DNA of 57,195 nucleotides from a virus (Duplodnaviria > Caudoviricetes): positions 1 to 57,195 of IMG/VR virus record IMGVR_UViG_3300042544_000814. The stretch is one strand, 5' to 3'. The notes beneath the pieces are model-generated. The model was not told the DNA's origin and did not search any database. It was given only the letters and a program-made list of their open reading frames with translations. Below, one piece after another: positions 11,739 to 21,700 of this stretch. The position numbers were made by a program, and so were the translations under genes. How positions within the stretch are numbered: the stretch's first letter is position 1; every line of letters starts with the position of its first letter.

Positions 11739-14700
11739 TTACATCCTCCATTATGATTGTTCCATCTTTTGTTTTACCAAATTCAAATTTGTATGGCTGT
11801 CCTTCTTTGATTTTCATGTAAGCTTTAGGAAAAGCCGTAGGGAATACCGTAACAGAGTGAAGCTCCCTAGTTGCATCTGCCAAAGTTAGCGATGCCATCT
11901 TTTTGCCAGCCTTGGTAATGCGTGGCTTGAATGCCACCACATACATCTCTTCTTCTTTATAGGGCAACTGCTTATAGTTTAAGAACTTTACCAGTGCGGA
12001 GTCATTCCCCTTTATCTCATCAGCTGGGATAGCAGAAATAATCCTGTTATCACTAGCCAATAGAAGGTACGTACGGCCTGGCTCAATTGCAGTTTGCTCT
12101 TCATCAAAGATACCCACGCTTCCCGTCTTGTCTAGAATCTCAATACGTGACCAACCAGAGCCACGCTTAATTGCCTTAACCATACCCATAAGGATGAAGG
12201 ACCCCTTCTCCTCAAACTCTTCTACATCATTGATAAATGCGTAGTAGTGAGAAGGAATGTTAATATTAAACTCTGGAAGGTTTAGGTATTCGTAAAGATT
12301 CTCCCTGACCTCTTGATCATTCCTAGGATTATCATCAAAGGTTGCAGCACCGATTAGCCTTAGAGCCTGTAGTGCACGACTGTTTACTCCATTACCCTTG
12401 CCAAAAGAGAACTCCTCTAGCTCCTTGTAAGAGCGGAATGGTCTATGTGCAATATACTTCTGTGCAATATTATCACTAATAAACTTAATAGACGACAGAC
12501 CAAACCTAATTCCCTTACCTTCAATCTTAAAGTCCATGTCGGACTCATTGATGTGTGGAAGACGAATGGGAATGTTCATACGCTTGGCCTCGATCAAGTA
12601 CTCTGTGCGAGCATCCTTATCCTTTTCATTCTTAAGAATGGAGTACATAAACTCAATTGGGTAATACTTCTTTAGCCATGCGGTCCAGTATGAAAGGGTG
12701 CTGTAAGCCACAGCATGAGACTTGTTAAAAGAGTATCCAGCATGTGCCTCAAAGTCCGTCCAGAGCTCTTCTGCGACCTCTGGGCGTACATATTCTGATG
12801 CTCCCTTTACGAACCTATCCCTAAACTGGTCGAACTCCTTGGCATCTTTCTTCTTACCAATGATCTTACGAACCTTGTCAGCCTCAGCCATTGACATACC
12901 GCCAAGTTCTGTACAAGCCTGCATAACTTGTTCCTGATACAAGATACAGCCATAGGTCTCAGCAGTGAACTGCTTCATCTTGACGTGGTGATACGCAATG
13001 TTCTGCTTACCGTGCTTACGAAGAATGTAGTCTTTACCAATGGTATTCATAGCACCTGGACGAACCAAAGCGTTAGAGGCTGCAAGCTCTGCAAAGTTCT
13101 TGACACCCATCTTGACCAGCAAATTAGTATACGGTGTAGCTTCACATTGGAATACGCCCTTGGTATAACCAGAAGAAAGCATATCATAAACGCTTGAATC
13201 TTCCATGTCTAGCTCAAGCAGATTGATCTCTCTGCCAGACCTATCCTTAATAATATCAAGAGTGTCACGTAATACTGATAATGTCTTTAGCCCTAGTGCG
13301 TCAATCTTAATTAGACCAATACGCTCTGCCTCTTGCATGTCTACAGCTACCACTGGGATTCTTCCACCACTACCTGGAGACTGACGAGTTTCCATTGGGG
13401 CAAACTTAAAGATTGGAGACTTGGAGGTTACAACACCAGCAGCATGAATACCAGTGCCACGAATACGACCACGGAGCTGATCTCCATACTGCTCAATCTC
13501 TGGATACTTCTCACGGAACCATGCAGCCTGCTTAGAGGTGCAGTAGTCATCCCAGGTATCAACAACCTTCATAACTTTATTAACGTCTGTTAGTGGAATG
13601 TGTAGCACACGTGCAATGTCTCGCACAACACCCTTGTCTTTGAACTCAAGGAAGGTAGCAATAGATGCAACATGTCGATACTGTCTGACAAGATAGTCTT
13701 TAACCTCTTCACGACGTGAATCCTGGATGTCTGTATCAATATCTGGAAAGTCGTTACGCTCTGGATTAATAAAACGGAAGAACAATAAGCCATGTGGGAT
13801 TGGGTCAATGTCTGTAATCTCTAGGGCATAGCATAGCAAGGACCCTGCAGCAGAACCACGACCTGGTCCTACCATAATGCCTTCCTTCTTTGCCCATGAA
13901 ATCATATTACGAACAACCAAAAAGTATGGTCCAAAGTTCTTGTCCTCAATAACCTTAAGCTCTTCATCTAGCCTAGCAAGATACTCGTCAGATAGAACTC
14001 CACGCTTCTCTAGACCTGCTACAGCAAGCTCTCTAAGCTCTTTGTTCGGGTTCTGATACTGTACTGGGAGTAGGTCAAGGTAATCCTTGATGTCGTAGTC
14101 CTGAATCTTGTTAGCAATTTCCTGTGTGTGCTTATACATATCCTCACGATCAATACCCTGCGACTTCATCGCATTGTGCATCTCTTCATCTGATAGGAGG
14201 TGGATGTCGTATTCGCTAAAGCTAATGTCACGGTCTCCATAAAGATACTGAAGTCTATCTACAAGATTGTCGAACTTGGTTGACTTCTCATAGGTTGAAT
14301 CCTTTTGGACCTTGTTTGAGTATGTGTTTAGTACTAGCTTAAGTTCCTGGATCTCTTTCTGTCCAGTGTGTGCGTGGTGGCAGTCTGGAGTTACAACAGC
14401 CTTTACTCCAAACTCATCTGCCAAGGCAAGCAACTGCTTGTTAACCTCTGCAGGGTTATGTGGCATAACCTCAATGTAGTAATCATCTTTGAATACACGC
14501 TTGTGCCACTCAATAATTCTCTTTGCTTCCGCAAACTCCTCAGCCTCAATGGCTTTGGCTAGGGCACCAGAGAGGCACCCAGAAAGAACAATAAGTCCCT
14601 CTGAGTACTTCTCTAGTACCTCGTAGTCGATACGTGGCTTCTTGTAATAACCTTCAGTCCACGCAATCTCGTTGAGCTTGTTTAGATTCTCAAGCCCAGC

Positions 14701-15000
14701 TTCATCCTTGGCAAGAACGATAATGTGATTGTAGACAAGATCAAGCAGACCCTCACGCTCTTGCTTGTCTCTCTGATCGAACCTGTCTGCAGTAATGTAT
14801 CCTTCTACACCAAGGATTGGTCTAATGCCCTGCTCCTTTGCAGCACGATAGAACTCCCTGTGCCCAGACAACGAACCGTGGTCTGTGATAGCAAGAGAGG
14901 TCATGCCTAGCTCCTTAGCACGTTCAACGTACTCTAGAGGCGTAGCAATTCCATCAAATAGGCTGTAATGGGTGTGAACATGTAGACCAATGTAGCTCAT
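11725..15000 (-). CDS. dnaE: DNA polymerase III alpha subunit (family C)
   Basis: PHP domain HVHTHYS/TDHG, GPGRGSAAGS, PDIDTD, GIHAAG, KIDALGL, LYQEQ, YSFNKSH. Confidence 0.96.
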   Translation of the reverse strand: MSYIGLHVHTHYSLFDGIATPLEYVERAKELGMTSLAITDHGSLSGHREFYRAAKEQGIRPILGVEGYITADRFDQRDKQEREGLLDLVYNHIIVLAKDEAGLENLNKLNEIAWTEGYYKKPRIDYEVLEKYSEGLIVLSGCLSGALAKAIEAEEFAEAKRIIEWHKRVFKDDYYIEVMPHNPAEVNKQLLALADEFGVKAVVTPDCHHAHTGQKEIQELKLVLNTYSNKVQKDSTYEKSTKFDNLVDRLQYLYGDRDISFSEYDIHLLSDEEMHNAMKSQGIDREDMYKHTQEIANKIQDYDIKDYLDLLPVQYQNPNKELRELAVAGLEKRGVLSDEYLARLDEELKVIEDKNFGPYFLVVRNMISWAKKEGIMVGPGRGSAAGSLLCYALEITDIDPIPHGLLFFRFINPERNDFPDIDTDIQDSRREEVKDYLVRQYRHVASIATFLEFKDKGVVRDIARVLHIPLTDVNKVMKVVDTWDDYCTSKQAAWFREKYPEIEQYGDQLRGRIRGTGIHAAGVVTSKSPIFKFAPMETRQSPGSGGRIPVVAVDMQEAERIGLIKIDALGLKTLSVLRDTLDIIKDRSGREINLLELDMEDSSVYDMLSSGYTKGVFQCEATPYTNLLVKMGVKNFAELAASNALVRPGAMNTIGKDYILRKHGKQNIAYHHVKMKQFTAETYGCILYQEQVMQACTELGGMSMAEADKVRKIIGKKKDAKEFDQFRDRFVKGASEYVRPEVAEELWTDFEAHAGYSFNKSHAVAYSTLSYWTAWLKKYYPIEFMYSILKNEKDKDARTEYLIEAKRMNIPIRLPHINESDMDFKIEGKGIRFGLSSIKFISDNIAQKYIAHRPFRSYKELEEFSFGKGNGVNSRALQALRLIGAATFDDNPRNDQEVRENLYEYLNLPEFNINIPSHYYAFINDVEEFEEKGSFILMGMVKAIKRGSGWSRIEILDKTGSVGIFDEEQTAIEPGRTYLLLASDNRIISAIPADEIKGNDSALVKFLNYKQLPYKEEEMYVVAFKPRITKAGKKMASLTLADATRELHSVTVFPTAFPKAYMKIKEGQPYKFEFGKTKDGTIIMEDVIDNN

Positions 15001-15009
15001 AGACTATTC

Positions 15010-15666
15010 TTACCAATCCATGTTGGTAGCTGATCCAGCACTTGGTCCATCAAAACCAAGGTAGAAAGCTTCCTGCTCTGCATACGGAATCTTGTTCAGT
15101 GCAGACTCTAGTGGAAATGGTCGAACATCCTTCCAGTCGAAAGGCTCGCTGTCTGGAGTAGAAGGTAGAAGAGTGTAGCTGGTCTCAGTTCCCTGACCGT
15201 TACGCTTTACCTTCCAGGTTAGGTTTGAGATGCTACCAGTGTCAATAGCATACTCACGAATGTTGTTGAATGCTGACTGCTTGGATACTCCCATAGACCA
15301 GATTGCAACATATGGGTCCTCTAGACCATCGTCAACTAGTACGTTGCAGTAAAAACGCATACGTGCTCGCCAACCAGCCTTTGGATCCTTGCGGTGCATC
15401 TCTTCTGCCCAGTCACGACCCTCGTCGTCCATGGTGTCTACAGCCTTACGCTTGTAGTCCTTTGGGTTAGTGTGCTCCTTAACAACCAGGGCAAGGCCTC
15501 GCTCCTCAGAGTAGTTTGGGCTATCCTCATCCAACTCTTCAATAAAACGAATCTTTACTGCCTGGCCATCAGCCAGCTTTAGCCAACGAACCTTGGCCTT
15601 GCTCTCATCATACTTTGGCTTATCAAGTAGTGCATTGATATTCTTTAGCCCTTTTACTACGCTCAT
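15010..15666 (-). CDS. Single-stranded DNA-binding protein (gp32-like)
   Basis: WKVKRNGQGTETSYTL, acidic/aromatic C-terminus (MDW), located between primase and polymerase. Confidence 0.75.
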   Translation of the reverse strand: MSVVKGLKNINALLDKPKYDESKAKVRWLKLADGQAVKIRFIEELDEDSPNYSEERGLALVVKEHTNPKDYKRKAVDTMDDEGRDWAEEMHRKDPKAGWRARMRFYCNVLVDDGLEDPYVAIWSMGVSKQSAFNNIREYAIDTGSISNLTWKVKRNGQGTETSYTLLPSTPDSEPFDWKDVRPFPLESALNKIPYAEQEAFYLGFDGPSAGSATNMDW

Positions 15667-15689
15667 TTTTCTCCTTGTATTTTGGTGTT

Positions 15690-16634
15690 TTAGTTTAGCA
15701 TGGCAGCAATAGATTTGTCAAACGATTCGTCTAAAGACTTTATCGCATCATCATCCATATCGCCAATATCTTTATATTGTTTATCTAGTTTGATAACAGT
15801 AACACGAGGTCCAAGCCTTTCAGCTATTCTGTCTTTCATGTTACCGCCTGCTTCATCATTGTCTGCAATAACAATTACGCTATTGAAGTATTTTTGTAGT
15901 AGGTCTGTTTGGTAGTTGGATACGTTTGCTCCTAGAGTTGCTACCGCTGCGAATCCGCATTGGTCTAGTCTTATGGCATCAAACGATGACTCAACTACAT
16001 AAACTTTATTTGATGACTTAACCCTATGAAGGTTAAATAGGACTTTGCTCTTGGGCATGCCTGGAGTATTCTTAAAATCTTTGCCTTCAACAGATCTGCC
16101 GACAAAGCCAATTTCCATGCCGTCTGGAGAGTGTACAGGTATAGTCACCATGTCTTGCTTCTCAGAATAGCCCAGAGCGAACTTCTTAATCGAATCTTCT
16201 GTAATGGATCTGCCAGAGTAATACCTCATGGCTCTTGGTGAATCCAGTGCTTGCTGATTTAGTCTCTTGATCAGAACCTGGTCGTACTGAGTATACATAG
16301 GCTTTTCAACTAGATTCTTGGATACCGCATCTAGGATAGAGGACTCTTGCTCTTTGCTCTTAATAAACCTAGCAGACTCAAAGTATGTTCTGCCAGAGGT
16401 GTGCATAACTAGCTGGATAAGATCTGTGACGTGCTGACATGAGAAGCAGAAGAACACACCACTGTGTTTGTCTACCTCACCAGCAGGAGTTCTGCTGTTG
16501 CCGTGAAATGGGCAAAATATAATATAGTCAGAATCTACTTCTGACTCAATGTCTAGGCCTGCTCCCGTGAGAACTCTTTTAATTTGTTCTGGGCTATATA
16601 AATTGCCTTTGTTTCGTCTATTCCCGTTATCCAT
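15690..16634 (-). CDS. DNA primase (Zn-finger + Toprim)
   Basis: CPFH...CFSC, GFVGRS, VVESSFD, ADNDEAG, KDIGD. Confidence 0.9.
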   Translation of the reverse strand: MDNGNRRNKGNLYSPEQIKRVLTGAGLDIESEVDSDYIIFCPFHGNSRTPAGEVDKHSGVFFCFSCQHVTDLIQLVMHTSGRTYFESARFIKSKEQESSILDAVSKNLVEKPMYTQYDQVLIKRLNQQALDSPRAMRYYSGRSITEDSIKKFALGYSEKQDMVTIPVHSPDGMEIGFVGRSVEGKDFKNTPGMPKSKVLFNLHRVKSSNKVYVVESSFDAIRLDQCGFAAVATLGANVSNYQTDLLQKYFNSVIVIADNDEAGGNMKDRIAERLGPRVTVIKLDKQYKDIGDMDDDAIKSLDESFDKSIAAMLN

Positions 16635-16879
16635 TCGCTCTTTTTCTTTCCTACGTATACTCCATAAATACTTAATTCAAATTCAAAATACTGTTTCTGT
16701 TGATTATAGTTTAGCGTAAAGTCTGGATTTATGTCAACCCTTGGCACGTATCCAGACAATTTCATTTCAGTTATTAATAGCTGTTGATACTCAAATCTAA
16801 GACGTGCTATAGCTGAATCATCATGAATGTTGCCATCCAGATGAAACCTCCTAATAGGTTTGTGGTGCAAATTGTCCAT
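16553..16879 (-). CDS. Hypothetical protein
   Basis: 108-aa ORF, 5 nt downstream of TATAAT. Confidence 0.7.
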   Translation of the reverse strand: MDNLHHKPIRRFHLDGNIHDDSAIARLRFEYQQLLITEMKLSGYVPRVDINPDFTLNYNQQKQYFEFELSIYGVYVGKKKSEWITGIDETKAIYIAQNKLKEFSREQA

Positions 16880-16884
16880 ACACC

Positions 16885-16893
16885 ATTATACCT
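16885..16893 (-). promoter_or_regulatory. -10 promoter AGGTATAAT (leaderless start)
   Basis: TATAAT 5 nt before ATG at 16879; no RBS. Confidence 0.55.
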
Positions 16894-18112
16894 ACTTATC
16901 TTCAAAGTCCTTGTAGCGATACCAGCCTTTATCGAAGTCTACCTGAACCAGGAAGTCTCCCATAAATCCGTTACGGTTCTTTCTAAAGACACACTCAATA
17001 ATGTCTGAATTGGTTCCACGACCTAGTGCAAGGACCCAGTCAGCATCGTAAGCAATCTGACGTGACCAGGCAGTCTGTCCTAGAGTAGGAACAGTGTCAA
17101 GTTTAGTAACGTCGTCTGGCGTTGCCGATGAGATTGCAATGATTGGGACTTCTTCTCCAATTGCCATTAGCTTTAGCTCACGTGACAAGTTCTTCATTCG
17201 TACCGTCTCATTATCTGACTTCTGATTTGGGCTCATTAGCTGTAGGTAGTCTACGATAACAAAGTCTGGTCTATACTGATCAATCTTACCACGCAAGACA
17301 GATGGAGTAATTTCTCCACCAGTGTCATTAGAGATAATGTGAAACTCTGGCTTGCCTTCAAGTGCCTTAGAGTGCCAACGCTTCAGATCCTCAATCTCAA
17401 TATCTCCATTAGCAAGCTTTCTGTGTGACCACAGCCCCTCTCCCATAATTGCAAAGACACGGTTACGAACCTCAGTCTCACTCATCTCAAGGCTGATAAC
17501 CATAGGAGACTTGCCCTGCTTCCATGCCTGTACTGCAAAGTATAATGATAGCCAAGACTTACCAATACCAGGGTAAGCAAGCATAACTCCAAGCTGTCCT
17601 GGCATAATTCCAGATGGCAGATAGTTGTCAAAACCTGGAAGGCCAGTCTTAATTCCAAGCACACCAAGCTCTTGCTGCTTCTGTACGTTTTCATAGTATG
17701 CAACTGCAGACTGAAGATCTGTAGCATCAATGTCACGGATTACTGAGGTATTTTTCTTTAGCTCTGATGTTTTGGCAATTAGCGATTCGAGGACCTGTAC
17801 GCCCCTTCCGTCCTGAACATCTGTTGCTGCAGATACCAGAATTTGCTTGAGGCTGGTCTGAAGATACTCTGCCTGTAGCTCTTCTAGGTGGTGCTTGGTT
17901 GCACCAACTCCGTCTACTGGCGAGAAGTCTCTAAACTTTTCAACCACCAATGTCTTTGGTGGAACTGACCCATTCGTCTCAGTATACTTACGAATGAACT
18001 CCCAGATGTCAGTGTGAGTACGCAAGATTGACTCAACGTTTGCCTGCAATAGGACATGTACCTGCTTGTCCTCAAGGACTGCTGATATCAGTCTATCTTC
18101 TGTATTACTCAC
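16892..18112 (-). CDS. DnaB-like replicative helicase
   Basis: AYPGIGKS, SLEMS, IVDYLQL, SRELKLMA, QIAYDAD, KNRNG. Confidence 0.93.
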   Translation of the reverse strand: MSNTEDRLISAVLEDKQVHVLLQANVESILRTHTDIWEFIRKYTETNGSVPPKTLVVEKFRDFSPVDGVGATKHHLEELQAEYLQTSLKQILVSAATDVQDGRGVQVLESLIAKTSELKKNTSVIRDIDATDLQSAVAYYENVQKQQELGVLGIKTGLPGFDNYLPSGIMPGQLGVMLAYPGIGKSWLSLYFAVQAWKQGKSPMVISLEMSETEVRNRVFAIMGEGLWSHRKLANGDIEIEDLKRWHSKALEGKPEFHIISNDTGGEITPSVLRGKIDQYRPDFVIVDYLQLMSPNQKSDNETVRMKNLSRELKLMAIGEEVPIIAISSATPDDVTKLDTVPTLGQTAWSRQIAYDADWVLALGRGTNSDIIECVFRKNRNGFMGDFLVQVDFDKGWYRYKDFEDK

Positions 18113-18413
18113 TTAGCCACTCTTTCGCCCTACGTCGTCTCTCAATACGTTCTTCGCTATCCTGATCTATACGAGACTTGGCATCTATCAGGTTGTTAAT
18201 TTGCCCTGCAAAATTTTTCCAGGTTGGTGCTGAATGCACATCGAAATAATATTCTAACATCTCATAGCACTTTTGTAAACCATAAGAGTCTATAATTGCA
18301 TCGGCTGCCCAGGCTTCCGCCCATCGATTTAAATTTGGCTTTGCATCATACTTGAATTGATAATGCTTTTCAAACTTGCTGAGCAAAGCCATTTGGTCTT
18401 TGCGATCAGCCAT
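18105..18413 (-). CDS. Hypothetical protein (possible helicase loader/initiator)
   Basis: Overlaps the helicase start; function inferred from position only. Confidence 0.6.
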   Translation of the reverse strand: MADRKDQMALLSKFEKHYQFKYDAKPNLNRWAEAWAADAIIDSYGLQKCYEMLEYYFDVHSAPTWKNFAGQINNLIDAKSRIDQDSEERIERRRRAKEWLSE

Positions 18414-18623
18414 TTACTTTGCCTCTACCTCAGCAGATGCTTCCTTGACCTTGCTTGATAGCTTTTCTTCAACAAATGAGTAGACTCTCTCAAAAGCATC
18501 ATTGATGTTTTCTCCGTCTCGCTTGTTGTCGCTAACGCTTAGATCAATTCTAAGCGACTGAAAATTTCCTAGGTTTAGTGTATAGCCCAAACCAACTGTT
18601 ACCTTTGTCTCTTCGTTATTCAT
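18414..18623 (-). CDS. Hypothetical protein
   Basis: GYTLNLGNFQSLRID segment; start probably MNNEE. Confidence 0.65.
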   Translation of the reverse strand: MNNEETKVTVGLGYTLNLGNFQSLRIDLSVSDNKRDGENINDAFERVYSFVEEKLSSKVKEASAEVEAK

Positions 18624-18636
18624 ACCCATCTCTTTC

Positions 18637-19167
18637 TTAGATTGATTCTGCCCAGACTGGGATAAATCTTCCATCGTCAGTCCTCGTATAAGTCAGTATA
18701 CCATCGCCCATTCTCCGTGTCAACTCTTGTGATGAAGGAGTTATATCGTTAGTAATCAACTTATCTTTTCTTGGCCTACCCATATGGTAGGAAGCAAGTA
18801 TATCACGAATATCTCTTACTTGTGATTCAGAGTAATAACTTCTTACCTGCCATCCAGTTGCCCCACCCTTTTGAGATCCTGTTGGATGTGGAATTATGCC
18901 ACGCTTCATTAAGTTTGGCAAGTACTTCTTGTGCCTATTTACTAGCTGTGCCGTCTCACCAACAGTGTAGGCACGTTCCCTGTTTTTCTTAAAGTCTGAT
19001 ATTAGGCAGCTTTCTATTTGATCTTTTGTAATATTGTAAACAGACATAATTCCGTTTGACTTATTCAAGTGATGTATCCTGACTAGGCTACCGTTTAAAA
19101 ACCATACCTTTTTACTTCCAGGAATTACTGGTGCATTGTTATATGCTTCCATGTCTATTAATGCCAT
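18637..19167 (-). CDS. MerR-like HTH DNA-binding protein
   Basis: YTVGETAQLVNRHKKYLPNLMKRGIIP...RSYYSESQV winged-HTH pattern. Confidence 0.7.
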   Translation of the reverse strand: MALIDMEAYNNAPVIPGSKKVWFLNGSLVRIHHLNKSNGIMSVYNITKDQIESCLISDFKKNRERAYTVGETAQLVNRHKKYLPNLMKRGIIPHPTGSQKGGATGWQVRSYYSESQVRDIRDILASYHMGRPRKDKLITNDITPSSQELTRRMGDGILTYTRTDDGRFIPVWAESI

Positions 19168-19178
19168 GGCAAACTTTC

Positions 19179-19631
19179 CTACTCAGGCACTCCGATAGCG
19201 ATTAGGGATACGCCAACTGTTGAAACACCAGAGGTCCCAAATCGAACTACACCATCAACCCTAGAGGAGCTGATTGAGGTTAGGACTACTGACACGTCTC
19301 TTCCAGCTTCGGTTCCAGAAACGTTAACTGGAGTAGCTGTAACAATTGGTGGATACTTAAACCCAGCACCCTCAAAGTTGTGAAAGAATGTTGCTTCAGA
19401 TCCTTGCAAGTTTGATGCAGAGTTTGAAACTTCTTCATAGGCTCCAACAACACGACTCTCAGTAATCTTTAAGTCCTGTCTTCCAACACCTGCTCCAGGT
19501 GTATCAACAGACAGAAACTTGTTTGCCGAGTAAACTGCATTTTGGCTAAGACGATTTACAGCTTCTGCAATCGCATAGATATATGTTAGGTCTACTGGTT
19601 GACCACGTTCTGGTAGAGGGATGTTTGCCAT
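19179..19631 (-). CDS. Putative minor virion protein
   Basis: End of the tail module; beta-rich (FKYPPIVTAT...SLIAIG). Confidence 0.6.
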   Translation of the reverse strand: MANIPLPERGQPVDLTYIYAIAEAVNRLSQNAVYSANKFLSVDTPGAGVGRQDLKITESRVVGAYEEVSNSASNLQGSEATFFHNFEGAGFKYPPIVTATPVNVSGTEAGRDVSVVLTSISSSRVDGVVRFGTSGVSTVGVSLIAIGVPE

Positions 19632-19637
19632 ATTGCT

Positions 19638-19646
19638 ATTATACCA
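19638..19646 (-). promoter_or_regulatory. Extended -10 promoter TGGTATAAT (leaderless start)
   Basis: 6 nt before ATG at 19631; overlaps the upstream stop codon. Confidence 0.65.
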
Positions 19647-20061
19647 CGTCGATCAGTTCAGACTCAAATATTTGCAAAAACTCATCATAGGTTTTTGATA
19701 TTGATGATACCTGAATCGCAAACCTATAGTTTTCTTCGGCAGAACTAATGAATAGGTACTTGCTCTCTGACGTAGTGCCATGATATGAAGGCTGATCCCC
19801 ATCATATCCAACGAATATGTCGAATTCTGATCCAGCTGGTAAGCCTTCCCAAACAATATTAACAACAGAACCAACCATAAAGGATGCCACCCTTGCTTCT
19901 GACAAGACTGGCACTCCAGCTCCAGCAATAGAAAAAATTGGAGACCATTCTGAAAACCTATTTCTGTCATCAGATAGGACTCTAAATCTTACTAAATATT
20001 GATTGTTGGCATCTACTGGTATTAGCTCTGAGTTAGGAATAATAACCCTTTTTGTTGCCAT
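19639..20061 (-). CDS. Putative minor tail protein (Fn3-like)
   Basis: YLVRFRVLS...SEWSP pattern; in the tail module. Confidence 0.6.
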   Translation of the reverse strand: MATKRVIIPNSELIPVDANNQYLVRFRVLSDDRNRFSEWSPIFSIAGAGVPVLSEARVASFMVGSVVNIVWEGLPAGSEFDIFVGYDGDQPSYHGTTSESKYLFISSAEENYRFAIQVSSISKTYDEFLQIFESELIDVV

Positions 20062-21230
20062 TACTCAACACCCACAGACAGTCTAAACTCTATAAAGTTT
20101 GATGTATTTGGAGCCTTTACAATTGGTAGCGAGTCGTTATTCTTAATCACAGAGTATCCAGTCAAGCCGTACAGTGGATTATTAGAAGAAAGATTTTCTA
20201 GTCTAAGGCCATCTAGACATACATAATAGTCTGATGATGTTTCTTCATCCTTAGATACAGAGACATAGACCTTTATAACATTTACGGACTCCCAGTTAAA
20301 TGCAGAAGTATAAGATAGCTCCTGTAGCTGTCTTGCTACAACAAAATACCTGTTCGAAGAAAAGTCTTTTGAGTCGTTAGCTTCGCCGTCAAAGGAATCA
20401 TTGTCAATATTAATCAATAGCCTTGCATGCTCCCCAGACTCTGTTGTGTCTGATGACGAGAACTCTACAAGTATTTTAACATTATCTGGATCTTCATCTA
20501 GGCTTCCATCTTTATTGATTAGTGAGAAGGCAAGCCTAAGCTCATCTGATGGAGCATTCTTGTTTAGGTTAATGCTAGCATCTGTTAGGTGTATGTGATT
20601 TCCAGATGTTGTTATCGCACCGCTCTGCTCATTTAGCTGTATTGCTGAGCTGTCTCCAGCTATAGCAACTAGCTCGTTTAGAAACCTACACCTTTCATTT
20701 TTAACAAGCCTACTCTCATTAGTAAAAATTCTATTGTCAGCATTTGTATAGAATGCTGATGCCACGTTGTCCGAGATTATGTTATCATTTTCATCTTCAT
20801 CTAATGGCCCTCCATTAAAAGCATACTGAATTTCTGTTACTCCACTATTAGTGTGATATTCCCAGCCTTCTCCACTACCAAATGTATAGAGAGTCCTACT
20901 ATCAAAAGCTCCTACTGCTGGGTTAGCTCCAGCAGAGAATATTCCAATTTCTGTAATCTCATATCTTTCTTCGGTTGGTAGCTCTGCAGTTAGTACTAGC
21001 TTAACAACGTTATTTTCGTTTACATACCCTCTAGATATAATCGGAACACGGAACATCTCAAAATCTAGAGAATTTTTTGCAAAGTATTCTTCTTTTTGCT
21101 CTGGCGTAAATCCAGACCCTTCGCTTGAAAGTGCCTGTGGTCCACATCCTACTGCAATGTAAGACGCATAGGCTGGTGCCTGTCCTAGCAGGTACTTAGC
21201 AAGAATTCCTTTTCCAGTATTAGTTATCAT
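20061..21230 (-). CDS. Minor tail protein
   Basis: MITNTGKGILAKYL...IAVG...ITEIGIF N-terminus, typical of tail-tip/fibre-attachment proteins. Confidence 0.7.
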   Translation of the reverse strand: MITNTGKGILAKYLLGQAPAYASYIAVGCGPQALSSEGSGFTPEQKEEYFAKNSLDFEMFRVPIISRGYVNENNVVKLVLTAELPTEERYEITEIGIFSAGANPAVGAFDSRTLYTFGSGEGWEYHTNSGVTEIQYAFNGGPLDEDENDNIISDNVASAFYTNADNRIFTNESRLVKNERCRFLNELVAIAGDSSAIQLNEQSGAITTSGNHIHLTDASINLNKNAPSDELRLAFSLINKDGSLDEDPDNVKILVEFSSSDTTESGEHARLLINIDNDSFDGEANDSKDFSSNRYFVVARQLQELSYTSAFNWESVNVIKVYVSVSKDEETSSDYYVCLDGLRLENLSSNNPLYGLTGYSVIKNNDSLPIVKAPNTSNFIEFRLSVGVE

Positions 21231-21700
21231 ATTGTTTCCTCACTATATATTGTATCATCTAGAACAGTTACATTAGATACAGTTTGAACTTCAATGGATT
21301 CTGACGGTAGCATATTATCTACTTCAATCACCAAATCCCCATTATCTAGTACATAGATATATGGCCATTCTGGCAGCTTGTCCTTTAGGCTAATAGCAAA
21401 GTTCTTAAAGTAATCTCTATCAGTTCTTTGTAATGAAAGAATATTCTGTGGATTATATTGAGAAAACAAGCTGGTAATATTTTTTATTGGCTGATAGATA
21501 ACATTCTGACCATTTATCATGTCGTTTCTGGCGATGTTAATTATCTCCTGGCCCCCAATATCTTGGAAGATTAAATCAGTCATAATTTGGGCAGCTATAG
21601 CCTCGTCTTTTATCAAGATAATATCTGGTGTTGCAATCTTTACAGAATCATTAGATGTATTAATTGTCTGTGTGGTTGGATAGTCTGGTCTAGTTTCCAT
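21227..21700 (-). CDS. Minor tail protein
   Basis: Coupled to neighbours within the tail module. Confidence 0.6.
   Translation of the reverse strand: METRPDYPTTQTINTSNDSVKIATPDIILIKDEAIAAQIMTDLIFQDIGGQEIINIARNDMINGQNVIYQPIKNITSLFSQYNPQNILSLQRTDRDYFKNFAISLKDKLPEWPYIYVLDNGDLVIEVDNMLPSESIEVQTVSNVTVLDDTIYSEETI
21249..21257 (-). promoter_or_regulatory. Extended -10 promoter TGATACAAT
   Basis: Same motif, followed by GAGG RBS and ATG at 21230. Confidence 0.5.
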
